DNA from: Lingula anatina
Lineage: Eukaryota > Animalia > Brachiopoda
Direction of reading: 5' to 3'
Length of the DNA stretch: 64,000 bases
Assembly: GCA_051362555.1 (NCBI GenBank)
Contig: CM120640.1
Coordinates: forward strand, 64,024,788-64,088,787
This document shows positions 24,078-38,200 of this stretch, piece after piece (within the stretch, counting starts at the first letter, position 1; each line of letters starts with the position of its first letter). Under the pieces are notes generated by a model that did not search any database, was not told the origin of the DNA, and saw only the letters and a program-made list of their open reading frames with translations. The translations under genes and the position numbers were made by a program.

Positions 24078-25898
24078 GCCTACAGCGACCTCTACAGTGG
24101 TTTTTGATGGAGTAGAACGCACGCTATGGCGTGGCTGCACTGTATTGCCCAAGAGATACTTACACTACAGCAGATATTTTGACCTAATCTTATTAATAAA
24201 GACAGATCTAATGTTACATTTAGTACATTCAAATAAGCAATTTTGAAGTAAATAAATTTTGTCAAACAATGAGGTGAAAATAATAGAGTAGAACGCAAGA
24301 GTCTAAAAGTAGCTTTGCAAGTCATCCCATTCCTTTTTTTCTTTTTTTTTTTCCTTTTTTGTTTTACGCAGAGCAATCATTTAGGAGGTGAGGTAGCAGA
24401 ATTAGGAAAGTCTGGTACACATTCTTATAAAATCATGAACAAAAGAGCGTCGAAGGGCACTGGCCTGCACATGCCGTTTTTCCTCCTGGGTTAGGCCTAC
24501 TTCACTGTTACATTTGTGTAGGCCTACTATTTACAGAGTATATTTCGTCTGTTTCTGGTCTGTGCTTCTACCGGGGTATTATAATTCACAGAAAAGGAAA
24601 AAATATCAAACTTTAGGAGAACGCGTTTGAGGTCAAAAACAAGTTAAGGTGAATCTGGCAATCTAAATGCGGCACATCCCAAGTTTTATCACATATATTG
24701 TTGATACAAAATATTTATCAACTGGATAGGCCTATCTATTATCTATAATATGTATGAGACAGGGTGACCAGTCGATTCAGACACCGTTTTGTGAAACAGG
24801 GCGATCATGTTTTGCAGGGTTGGGCAGAGTGTAGGCTTAATTTTTCTTGGAATTTTCGTCTCGCAGTGTAGATGCCAGCACCTTGATTTTGGGAAGGGGC
24901 CACAGAAGTTAGCCTGGTTGCAGTTTCTTGTGGTGGTCAACGATACATGGGATCCCGATGGGTAGGCCTACGTTTGCACACTGCAGGATTTAAAAACCTG
25001 CTGAAAAGCATTCTACATGTACATGTAGATGTATTCACTTGACTTTCGATTTTTTTAATGAATTTTTATGTTTAGTAGCTAAACTAGCTAGAGTCCAATA
25101 TACTGTACTAGTAGGCCTACATCACTGATAGGCCTACATGGATATTTCGTACTCCAAATTATATTAAATCCGGTTTTGATATTAGTAGGCCTGTCCAACA
25201 TGTATTGGAATATTTCCTTTCTGTTCTTTATTACTGCGCATAAGCAATTAACATATTTTTGGCTTTTTTGCTGCACGTTTTTTATGCAATTATCATGATT
25301 TGGATAAACAATGTCCACTTTCAGCTGCATAGCCACTGTGAAAACACCCCAGATGATTCCGGGCAGCAAACACGCACCAAATATCATGGTTGGTTCGTGT
25401 GACCATGGTGGCCTGGAGCTTTCCGTCTCCCAACTGAATGCAACTACTGTGGTTAGCTTTTATAACGCTTATCATACATTTTGATTGTTACAGCGAGGTA
25501 TTATGGAATAGCAAATGTATATCTGGTGCGCGGAATCTAATAATGTTGCAACTTAGGAATTTTAAAGCTTAAATTCGTTGGGTTCCTGATTAACATAGTT
25601 AAAATTATTTTAAAAATCAGCATGAAAAAAAAAAAAGCCCAAAGAATGTATGAATTCAGAACTTGCAATTTTTTCACTTATTTGATTGATTAATTTATGT
25701 ATTTATTATTGTCATTTTGTAGAATGTCCACCTTCTCTTTCACTCATCCGTCATTGAGGACGCATCCCCGCCCACATGCGATATACCGTGGAAAGGTGGA
25801 TACCTGACGCCGACCACCACTAGCGCCAAGGAGTCCCTGCTCCCAGGGTGTTTCACTGCAGAGTCACGTGAAGGGTACCACATGACTTACTACTGGTT

Positions 25899-27165
25899 CT
25901 ACATCATCGACTGGATGTGGGGAGCGTGAAGGACGGGATGACGGCGCTGACTGTAAATCTTTATTGTGTTAGTGTTTCTTAGGTTTATCAAAATTGCATG
26001 GGTGCTGTTGATAGGCTCAGTTGTCAGTATACAGTCGACATAAACGCCCCCAATTTCAAACATTATGAAATATTTGATGATATCTGCACGAAATATTTCC
26101 TTTTGAATATTGCGAAAGTTTTCGTAGTATTTCGGGTATCTTAGTTTTATAAGATGCTCCCAATCTTCACGAGTCCAAAACCAGTACTGCCATTTTGGCC
26201 AGGTGTGTTTTTCTCGCCATGTTTTCATCCAGTTTACAGTTTGACTTGGTAAAGAATAGTTGTGCCAGATTTGATGAATAATTCTAGGAATACCTGACGC
26301 CAAATATGATGGCGGGGATTCAACATATTTTTCACCTGGTCTTTGACCGACAACGTCCACTTTAGCTGGTTGTGACGTGGGAATTTGAAATCGTAAATTC
26401 AGCAAATGCTGCATAGAGTTTGAATATATTTTTGGCAAAGTATCTGTCCTTTTTGTCTCTGGATTTGCCGTTGGTGCAAGTAACTTCAGAAGGTGTGTGC
26501 CATCATCAAGTTTAAGGTGTTTTAATTTTACGGTTGTCCTAAAATATAGCGGCAGAGTAGTTGTCTTAGATTTTTCTGATTGCCAATTACTCAACTGCAG
26601 GTTGTTTCTTCTCGATATGACATCGTCCAATACTTCGTATTTTCTCAGCATTTCTTCATCGGAATTGTGTTTCACTTTTTCTGTTTGAGGCGATGTAGAA
26701 AATATTACCCAAGCGACCATAATTATTAAGGCCAAAACAACCAGGTACGTAATTCCACGGAACCTACAAAAATAAATAAATAAATAAAATTAAAAAAGCA
26801 AAGAGAAAAAACCTTGCATTTTTTTCAAAGCTTTTTAGTCTTGCTCACATATGCACTTGAAATATTTTGATATCAAATGCAAGTTAAATAGAAATTTGAG
26901 CAATCTAAACCACATACATACGTGGAACCCTCTTTCGGAGAGTTTTGTTCCATTAAAATAAATATCTCCATTTTCATGTCTGGCAGGAAGAGAGAAATCA
27001 CGAGGAAAAATAACTCAAAATGTGTAACAGAAAGTTTGCGGATACGTGGAATGATGGGTTCGTTCTCACTAACCTTATACAGGTAGAACGTAAGTAACCT
27101 AGTGATGGCAGATTTGAAAACTGAGCCAGTGCTTTCTTCCTCAGGATATGGCATTTTGAAGTCAT
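25899..27165 (-). pseudogene. Glycosyltransferase family 32 (OCH1/Gb3-synthase-like, DxD) type II membrane protein, C-terminally truncated
   Basis: Exon 27165-27074 (MTSKCHILRKK...) splices in frame to the exon starting at 26763 (TM segment ITYLVVLALIIMVAWVIF). Motifs IPRIIHQIW, WQYWFW and RADIIKYFIMFEIGGVYVD are present. Homology ends at 26034: the second Asp of DxD and the rest of the domain are missing, and the ORF runs on to a stop at 25899. Confidence 0.65.
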
Positions 27166-27393
27166 TTTCGAATAATTTTGACCTGCAAGGAAAATTAATA
27201 AGAATTCTTAAAATTTAACTGTATCTACTTAAAGCGCGCAACAAGGATCTTTATAACATTCGCATGCATGATGACGTTTGATAAGAAAAAAAGTTAGATT
27301 GGTTACCAGACACTGTATAGCTAATAATTTGCAGATCTAGAAATAATGTGCATCTGTTAAAGTGGTTTTCGTAGAGAAGAGTGACCGATACTG

Positions 27394-27561
27394 TAGGGGC
27401 GGATTTAGGCCGTCTTCTGGGTCTTCCGGAAGACGGTCAGATTTTCATGTTTTCATTGACGGGTGTCTAATTTATTCTGTCGGAAGACGGTCAAAAATGG
27501 AAGATGGATCAACAAAGATAATTTGAAAGACTGTCAGAAAATATCTCTGCATCCGCCCCTG
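27394..27561. mobile_element. Small hAT-like MITE
   Basis: TAGGGGCGGAT ... ATCCGCCCCTG inverted ends. Internal repeated GGAAGACGGTCA. GATAC near both flanks. Confidence 0.45.
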
Positions 27562-28311
27562 GATACATACAGACATGTATTTACGATGTGTAGCCTATAT
27601 TTTAATACTAAAATGTGTTGAATGACATGTACTATCTGGAGGTTGGGGGGGGGGGGGGTAGTAATGTCAGCTGTCATGCTAAGTTAACCATATTGTGGAT
27701 GTGTGATATAAGGGCGGATAACAAGAATGTAAAAATTAATGTCACCCACAGGGAAATCGGGAGACACTATGCGGCTGACTACTGAAAGACCACCGATTAG
27801 ACCTGCCGGCAGAACTACGTTTTGCAGTTCTACTATGAAGGTCACCAAGCTTTCCTGCCACTAAACAATAAAACCAACGCCTGGTAGATATTCAGGACAT
27901 TAGGAAGACCAAGATCCACGCCATCTTAACACACCTTTACTTACTGGCCCCATGAATCCAGACGCAGTATGGTACTGAAACTAACTGCTCTACAAACGAT
28001 GTACGTTATTCCTTATATTCAAAACATTAATCCAACAACGCTGCCACATACTTTCAACATTATAGCACTCATAGCCTTCCTGTGTCATTTAAGATTCCAG
28101 TGACCTAGTTTTACCTGATAAAGTGACCCTTTTTTTTATACCTATGTGCTTATTTATACAGTGCCTATTGATTCAGTGAGTGACGGTATATTCTTCAGAG
28201 GGGGTGCTTGAAGTAAACTGTTTTTTGACATTCATGCGCAGCAGAGAATTTTACTTTTCTATAAGAGACATAGTTAAGTCTATCTATCGATCTGATGGTC
28301 AAATTGCAATG

Positions 28312-28312
<1 letters not shown>

Positions 28313-28343
<31 letters not shown>
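28313..28343 (+). repeat. (TG)n microsatellite
   Basis: Direct reading. Confidence 0.9.
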
Positions 28344-28346
<3 letters not shown>

Positions 28347-29225
28347 TAGCCTTGCATGGCTGTTAAATTATTTATATACTTTTTAGTTATGATCATTGAT
28401 ATAACTGTTATGTACTTTTCCCCGGATGTTTCATCGAGCAATATAAAATATAACACTGCATTTATGAGTTAATTAGTTTTCAGAAAGAGCGGTTCTTCCT
28501 GTCCCTTTATTATCACAGCATGTTTTTACATTGCTACTGTTATCAATGACAATTCAAAATAGAATTCCAAATTATATCTGTATAAATAAGGTTAATTTTA
28601 AAATACAAAGATAGTAATTGTACATGTACTCATCTATAAAATTATATAATGCTAACTGTGTTATAAGAATTAATATCACAAAAATTAATTTCACTTTTAT
28701 AAAATATATATGTTATAATATTGCATTTTGAATAGCTCGCAGAATGAATATACACATACATAAAAGGCACACTAAGTCATATATTTTGTCAGCATGCTGT
28801 TATTAAAAAAGTGATTTCTAGCTAAAATTTAAAAAAACATATAATCAGTTCACTATCTAAGCAAAAAAGTTAAAATGATGTATTGAATAAAATCCTCCAT
28901 GAAAAAAATTGTCTAATTTCTATAAATATCCACCTTCATATTTATATCCTTTATCAAAGCAAAACCTCTCAGTATTTTTGTTTCTTCAACTTCACTCTTA
29001 TATGTTCTCAAATGAAACGTACTGGCTTCTTTTTATTCCAACTAGATCTTCATGTCTAGACTCAATTCACTCTGGCATCACTTAAACTCTGTCAGGTACT
29101 CTCAGATGTTGCCGTTCATTTTCTGGATGCCTCCTATTAACTTTCCAACATATCCTAACTCAGAAACATAAGATGTATCCACATGCTCATTCATATCAGT
29201 TTTCAAGTCACTACAGGTCCCCACA

Positions 29226-32200
29226 CTAGTCTTCCTTCACTTCCCAATTTTCAAGTTTCAGAAACACCAGTTTTCTCAACTTGTCATCCACCACTGCAAC
29301 CACGTATTTCCCTCCCTGTGAGAGCTTCACCTGCACAATGGAGGCATGTGCATAGAAATGGTTGAGGGGTGTGATCAGGCCCCCTCCGCCAATGTTATAG
29401 TTGAGATTCCACAGCATAATGGTCTGGTCGGAGGAGCCTGAAGCAATCATCTGGTTGTCCTCAGAGATGTCCAGGCATGTTATCTGAAATTGTTAACAAT
29501 TACTGTTACTATTAATGCTAATACTCAGCATGAAGTAATGCAATCAGTCTGTTCCTGCATGCATAACCATCTAAGGACAAACTTCTTGATTCAAGTCATA
29601 TCAGCTATGTTAAGTAGGGGTTGATATAAAATGAAGTATGAACTTTAAAATTAACTTTACTCATATTAAATTTCTCTTCAAATTTATCAATCAGATTAAT
29701 ATATTCAAATAAGCTGACCTTTGCCCTATGCCCCAGGAAAGTCTTGACCAGTGTCCCTGTGGTCAGGTTCCACAGTTTGACCGCCTTGTCATGAGAGCCT
29801 GACACAAGGTGACTTCCATCAGGGGACACTGAAATGAAATGAAATCCCTACAGTAAGGAAGTAAATGACTATGTCTACAATAATAATAAGGTACAAATGA
29901 AAGGTGTGAGCTTGTCAGGTGGTTAAAAAAAAAAAAAAAAAAAAAAATTAACATAAATTACATACCCCACTATTACATCATTAATGAAATATAAACCTTA
30001 GATTTCTAGTACTACTGCTACTTATACTACTACAGATGTATTACTATGCCAGGAAGAGTTTTGCTGTCACCTAAAACACAGGATGTTGCAAATATGCAAT
30101 TTGATCTATCTTACTTTTGAATTCATTGTTCTGAAAAGTAAAATGAGTGTCACTGCATTAAATATTTTACTTATACAAATGTGGAATTTTCCTACCAGTA
30201 ATATAAGTTATGTCATCAATATGAGCTGGCATGGGTGGGGTCTTCGGAGGAAGTATCCCTGTCTTGCTAGGAGGAGTGGATCTCACCAAGTCTGGGTCAT
30301 ATAGCTTGCCACACTGCACCTAAAAATGTTACATATAAAATATGTTTATAAAAAGGAAAAAATCCTAGTCTGAATTTTTTAACTTAAAAAAATTGCAACA
30401 TGTATTCACTGTGTATATGAGGTACATGTGCATATTCAAAATGTAAAAAAAAAAAAAACATGAGAATAAAAATAATCTTGTTAGCAATTAAATTTGCCAG
30501 TCTCTCAATACCTGTTTTCTAACATCCCATAATATCAACTCCTTGGTTGCCGTGGCAGTGAGTATTCTCCCATCATTCAGCAGTTTGTGTATGTGACCTG
30601 GACACTGGAATGGACTGGCTGTGATCTGGTCAAGTTTGCCTTCTTCTTTAATCAACATGAAGGCATACACCCAGGGTGCTCTGTGCTCATATACAGAGTT
30701 ACACTGGATGACAACCAGGTTCTCTTGCTCCCCAGTGAAACCCATCACTTCAGGCTGTAAAGATATAATGATGTGACATTTGATTACGCATGTCCACTGT
30801 ATACTATATCCTATTGAAAAAATGAGATATAAAAATGAGTAAAGAGGCCAGAGTTGATTAAACAAAAGAAAAGATTGCATGAAGTGACTCTGTTCCAGCA
30901 TATTACTATACTCTTTTTCCAAAATTGTGACAGAAAGCATATAATTTGTAGAGTGGAGGTGTGACCAGTACTCTGAAATTGAGGGGGCAAAGAAAAGAAC
31001 ACAGATGAAAAGGCAAAACAAATTTTAAACTAAAATATTCAATCATGGAATGTTACAAGAGAAAATTGCGATGTTTATACCTTGGTTCCTGCTGCAATTT
31101 CTTCAGCTGTGAATTTGACATGTGTTTGGGCAATGCACTGCTCTACCTCCCATATACTCAAAGTCATACCTGGTAAAAATGAGATATATAATAATATAAA
31201 AATAACATATATAAGATTAAATATTAATTGTACTTTGGAAAAATATAAGAGCATTTCTTACATTTAAAAATAAATACAATAAAAGACATGTCTCTAGCAT
31301 CCTGCTTTCATAACATTGTTTTGTAAATCAATTGAGTTATAGTAATTATTTAAAAATGAATGTAGAACAGTTATGTTTTAAACAACTTATGAAATGCAGA
31401 TAGGAAGATTACTAATAAACTGAATTTCCTTGCCATTTGATATTCATTACATTAAATCTTTTAAAAAAACACACTTATTACATTACTCATTGATATTCAT
31501 AACATAAAAGCTTAAAAGTTAACACACAAACCTGTGAAAATCTCCCTGTCCACCATGTCAGGGTTGTCGTCTGTGGTGAGGACCACTGCAGCCAGGCGCA
31601 TGCCAGTAGAGGAGAGGGCGCCAGTGTGCAGTTGCACTGTAGCCTCCTTGGATGTGACCAGCTCTGGGGGAGACGTGGACATGTTCCAAGCCTGGACCAA
31701 ATGATATGAACAATATAATTGTGATTGTATAGGGAAAGCAGGGTTTTAAACACCACATTTAGTTAAATCATAAAAATGACTATTTTTCCATTTAAACTTA
31801 TAAGGATATTTTTTTCTTTTCAAAACTAAATGTTTTGTCAAATGTGCAATTCGTGCCATGGTCCTATTCTCCTGAGCATACTTAAAAATAGATACACCTA
31901 CATAAATACCAACCACTCATCTACAGTATCCTAATCTTCCTGAAAGTACCACAACAATGTGAAAGGTCACTTACCCTGACCTCCTGTATGCCCTCCACCT
32001 CACTGACCACCTCTCCCTGGCTCATCAATACCAGGGAGGCCATGTCCATAAAGACCTTGGAGGGACTGTTCTTAAACCCATGCTCCACTGAGGATACATA
32101 GGTCCCTGGGAGAAAGATAATGGATCAATAACTAAAAGAGATCATACCATACAATGCAGAAAATGATTATGGTTGTTCCTTGTTTTCGACGTTTTGATGG

Positions 32201-35200
32201 TACCATCATTCTTAAATTGAAAATCTATAATTCTAAACATTAACAAAAATTATAATGATGAAGTTACAGTATATTTCGTAAATCATTATACTTCTCTCTG
32301 CCTCACCTGCATTACAATCCCACACTTTGACTGGCTGTTGTTTCTTAGTAGACACAGTCACTACAAATCCAGCTTGGGCTGTATACATTTCCCTCACAGC
32401 CTCATCTTCCGTGGGGTAAAATGAATCTTCCCCTGACCCGGTCCCACCACCACCACTTTCTGTGGGATTTGGCTTTGATGGCACATGCATCTCTAGAGGA
32501 GACTGCTCTGCGAAGGTATCAGCAGAGTGTCCATATCTGTTAATAGTCTGTGTCATAAGGTCCTTCACATGCCACCGTTTGATGGTACCATCATTGCAGG
32601 ATGAGAAAAGGAATTCCTCCTTGAATAGGGAGACATTGGTGACAGATTGGACACCATGCATCAGTAATTTGACCACCTCTCCTGTGGGAATGTAGTACAT
32701 TGCCACCTCTCCATGCTCAAAACCAACAAACAAGAACAACTCATTGTGGTCTATAGCCACTTTGGATGGAATATACTCAATGAGGGAGGAATCAATAGAG
32801 TCCTTGTCAGAGTCCGTCTCATCTGAGGCTATCTCAGGGTAGTCTATGGACTTAACACACTGTGCTGGCTCAACACTCCAGATGTCCACCCCCAGGTTCC
32901 ATGTGGCAATGATGACATAGAACCCTTCAGCACCAATCAGGATGTCCCTCATGTCACGGTATGTCCTGCTTTCTATGGTGTCCAGGATCTGCCCATTGCT
33001 GTTGAAACAAAATACAGGTTTATTTTTTTAAAAATCTCCATGCAAATCTACAAATCTCTGTAACAATGTACATTACACGTTCATGTACCAAGGAGTTATA
33101 ACAGAAGGAGATTACACGCGTGGGGGCGGAGCCCGTATTACGGTCTCTCATTGGTCGGAATGAATAGAACCCAGATAACAATGGATGCCTATCTCTGTTA
33201 CGCTTAATTGCTACTCTCGTTTAAATCTCGTTTGTTAGTATCTGTGCCTTCGTCTGTTGATTTTTGAGGACAGAAACAAAAACGGAGTCCCAAGTTTTTA
33301 AAAAATGAGAGAAATACAGAATTTACATGATATTACGTTGGACAAGGTTTTCAAAAAACAGGTAAGTGCTTTTAAATGCATAACTACACGAAATATGAAG
33401 ATAAATTGCAACTTTTATGTCGTAGGGTCTCACTGTGTAAGTGTCCAGCTACACGTTGATCTCGTGAGGTGGTGTGTGGAGAATAAATATTGCACGAAAA
33501 ATATTTCCCACTCATAACAAGTGCCTATAAATATAGTATCAGATGAAGAAAGTTTGGTCTTTATACAGTTGCAATTGTTAAGTAATTTGTGGCAATAGCA
33601 AAGAATAAAACTTAGGTGCACTTTCAGTAGCCGAATAACAAGCAGATGCTTAAGCCGCCATCTTGTTAATATTTCGAAAAAAAATTACTCCAAAAGACAT
33701 TTTCCTCCTACTTTTTGAAACTTGTGTCACATGACAGTCATAAAATTTAACTAATTATTATGTGTGCAACACACTTGCTTGAGCAGTATTGTTTATTTTT
33801 GCGATTTTACATGTGGTCTAGCTTGGATACGACAATTTACAATTTTCATGAGTTCCGATCAAAAAGTGTTACGCTTGTTACGGCCAAAAGCCTTACCGCT
33901 TTTTGTACTTTTCAAATGCAAGATTATAAAAAAATTTGGTGTGTTTAGATTCTTGAACATCTTGGTCGTGGCGTGGTATATATTGCATGGATACTGCTCC
34001 AATATTTCTTGAAAAAAATAACCTGATTTGTTCAGAATACCAATTTTTTACTCTAGTGTTATGGGTAAATGTACCATTTTGGCCTTTACCTTTTTCATGT
34101 TTAAATCTAAAAAGACTTATCATGACAGTTGGTCATCATTTTTCTTCTCACCATGGTGGGTGGCTTTGGAGTGGTAACTTTGTTGTTAAAGTAAAGTGCT
34201 CAGTTTTTTTGACTGGAAAATTTTGCCTCCACCCAGCATTTTCCATCATGGCGGTCTAACAGGAAGTTTGACTTCACAGTGTCTTTGGTATAGTTATTTT
34301 TAACTTATTTAGTCTTCTTTTTACATATATATGTTTTAATTCATATTAAACCTTTGAAAAAAGAACACACATGAATCCTGGTGCTTCTTAATTTAAAGTC
34401 TTAAGGTTTTAAGTTCACCTAGGCTCCACCAATTACTTTACCTGTTATCTCACTACACATCTCTCTTTGAGTCAAGGTGTGTAAGACACACTTTATTGTG
34501 TAAGACACCTCTATAATTAAGGGGTACTTGCTTCTCTACTTAAATTATACTTCACTACTTTGGCATGTTAGGTGGCAAGCTTGGATGTTTCAGTTCATTT
34601 TAAGAAAGAAGCTTTGCCTTGGTGGTTACAAAAGAATAGAACTCTATTAAGGTTTATTCATTACTTGAAATTAAATATTTCATCTTGTAGTGTTGAAACA
34701 GAAATTCTCTCAAAATTGATAATGAATTTGACATGCATATCTTAACACTACTCAAGTTTTTTTTCTATTATAGATATGGGAGAAGGCTGCATTGAATATA
34801 TGAATTATGGTCAGGCTGGAAAAAATTAAAATATGTCAATGAAAAAAGGAGGTCAGTGTGTCTGGGGTAAGTTACTTTTGTCATAATGCCTAAGATGCAT
34901 TAAACATTCACTAACAACAGTTCCCTTTTTAATTTTTTTTTCAAAATACAACAACCTTGGGCATTTTCCTTTTAGCAACCAGCCTCTCTGAAATCCCCTT
35001 TTTGTCCTGTCAGAAGAGTAGGAACCAGGGCGGATTTAAATAATTTCTTGTAATAAGTACAATTTCTTTCAATTTCTTGGGGTTATTAGCTTGTGATCAT
35101 GAATCTTGATGTTCTATAAAAATTTAGTTGTAAAATATCTTTTATGTGGTGAACATTATTTCAGTCAAGTCATAACAAGACACATTAAACTTCACTGCGT

Positions 35201-38200
35201 ATTTCCATAATGTCTACATGGATACTAGTAGTTCATAATGCTATTATTATGTTGTTTTTTTTACCTACAGGTTTCTCTCTTTTCTGAGTGGCATGGCATT
35301 AGCAAGGCAGAAGAAAAGGCCCTGAAGAAATTCTCACTTGAGTTGTCCTTTTTGGAGAAGAAACTGGATAAGACTGGCCAACAGAGATTGCATTAAATTA
35401 ATAGTGCTCCTTAATGACATTTTAAAATATTTTCAGTCACCTAACTGACTCTATACATTGCAAAAGTGGACATAAATTTTATGTTTCTGTTACGTGGAAA
35501 AAAATTCAAAACCTATATATAAATTGTTGAGTGCCATGGTATAACAGTCTACCTGATTGCCTACCTGATTGCCTGATTTCTTTAAAGCAGTCACTTACTG
35601 CTTACTTACCAGTTAATTTTTTCAGCTGTTACATTTTATAAATGTTCTTACTAAGTGTTGTCTTGATCTATAATAACCTTTTGAAAATCCCATGTTTTTT
35701 ATCCTATTTGTAAGAATTAACCACTTTATCTTCTAGGATTTTTTTTTTCATTTGGCCCATTAGATTCTCAGACCTTGCTGGCCTGTAAGTGGAATAGTAT
35801 CTGGCACAGACTGGTATCAGGAAGTCAGATAAAAAAGAATATAATTATTTCTATTTGCACGGTTGAAAAAAATGCCATCATAGACTGCATAAAACTGGAA
35901 AACTGTAGCAACTTAATCATTCTTATGACTTCATTTATTACTGCTTATGTGTAAAATTTTTGTTTTTGTTTTTCTATTGATATAATAAAATGGTTTTACT
36001 CACAGATGCTACTTTCATGAGTATAGAGTATAGAGTGCTTGAGTATAGAGTTGACTTAAAAGATATTTTAAGTTAATATAGTAAATAATAGTTTGAAATT
36101 CAATATTCTCATCTTTATTTGTTTCACTTTAAAGACCTCAGTGAATACTAAAATTTCTGATATATTTTGTACATAAATATATTTATGAATGAATAAAATT
36201 ATTCTTTATGTATAGCACTGTGCACTTGTTTACCGACAAATATGAACAGTGTTAGTACGTGTCAAATAATCCTGAAAAAAAGGGAAATTTCCAAGATAAA
36301 GAAATTTATAACGAGTATTCAGTAAACTGACGTGTCGTGGCATTGCCTCAACCTTGGATTAAAATTTTAATTAAATGCATTATAATATTAAAATTATACC
36401 GAGTGAGAGAAAAAATACTTTAAGAAATTTAAAACCAGACACAAAGCGTAGGCACTGTCACAATGTATATGTTTATGGGACCCAAGGGCAGAAGGGTCCA
36501 AACGTTAATGTATTAATATTATGTCCTTTGGCAGTGAGGACAGACGTTCACTTGAATGTCATTTTCACAAACCACAGTTGGGACGTTTTCTTTTGACTTC
36601 TCCTTGGTGATTTTTCACCGGGTTGTGCCATAAAAAAGCCATCTATCACCGACTAAAAAAAGCTCATGGCGACCATCCTCAGTCACCACCTTATAATCGC
36701 TTTCTATGATATCGTTCCCTTCCAGCACATCGTCCAAATAATTACCTGTGAAAAAAATCGTCAGCATACAGCGGCGCTTTGACATTACTGATCTCGAATT
36801 CTAACGCGAAATAACGCATATGAAATTTATCTCCAAGCTGAGGAGAGCGACGCAGACGAAACCTTGAGACCGGAGGCCCCCCGTAGCTAGCTCCGCCCAC
36901 CGTAACAGACATCGGACAATAGAGAGGCTTGCGTGTAATCTCCTTCTGTTATAACTCCTTGCATGTACATACACAAAATAGCCCTTACAGCAGCTTTCTC
37001 ATTTATATGTTTTGTTATGCAAAACTGATAACCTGTTTTATTGAGGTTGAATTTCTCTTTCCTTGTAAAAAGAAAAATATGTAAAAGAGAAAGAAAAATA
37101 AAAAACTAAGTGCTTACTTGTAGCTAGCTACAATGACAGTCCCTGTACTGGAGACGCCACACACCACCCGTCCAGAGGATGAGCAGATCTTCATCAGACC
37201 ACACTTCACCTCCCCATCCAACAAAAAGGCATGTTCTAGGGTCAAGGTGGGCATGTCCCACACATACAGGTCCTGTCCTGTGGCCACTATCTTCCCTGAG
37301 ACCTCATCCAGGGCTATGTTCGTAATGGTGGCACTGGATTCAGCCCCTTGCAAGGAAAAACTCTCCTCGCCAGTGTGGAGGGCAATGCCTATAGTACAGA
37401 AACAATAATCCAGCTTTTGTTATTAAATGATTGCAGTACATAGTGCAACTATTGGTAACCTTCCTTTTTGTTATGATATTTAATGTGCATCTCAAAGAAA
37501 TAATCTGTATATATTTATTTCATTTTCATTTTTACAATTAGCACAGATGATTAGTGCTCATGCCTTAACAAAATATCAAACCTGCCACTAACTTCTCGCA
37601 ATTTGCTTCAAATTTGCTACAAATTTGCAAAAGGAATTTTATATGGGATAATATAAAGATGAAAATTAGACAAGAAAAAATCATAAAAAAACTGATTCCC
37701 ATTCACATAGACACATGGCTCACCTAATATGGTTCCATCATGTGTTCCCAACACAATGGTCTCCGCATCTCGGCTGATGGCAAAGGAGCTGACCTGGAAA
37801 TCAAAGGTCATCTCTTTGACCTTGTTCCCAAATGAAGTGCTCCACACAGTGAACTTGGTCTTTTCCCTTGGGTGTGTCTTGATCAAGACCAGCTGCCCGT
37901 CCTCACTTAGAGCCACATTGGCCAGGGGGTTGTCTGCAAACACGCCATGAAGAGGGGCTGGGAACACGCTTAGTGCCTCCCCTGTGTCCAAACTCCTCAG
38001 CTCTACCCCTTCTGAGTAGTTATAAGTGACAGCGAGGTTATCTTGCACACCAGTGACACCTATGAACACCGATGGTCCAACCATCAGTCCCTGTAGACCG
38101 CTGTTATTTTTATATGGAAAACATGGACAGACAGGAATGATCAGTGGTGTATTGGCTGCCTCCACCCATTGTGCTGCACCTTTCATTAACAGACCAATAT

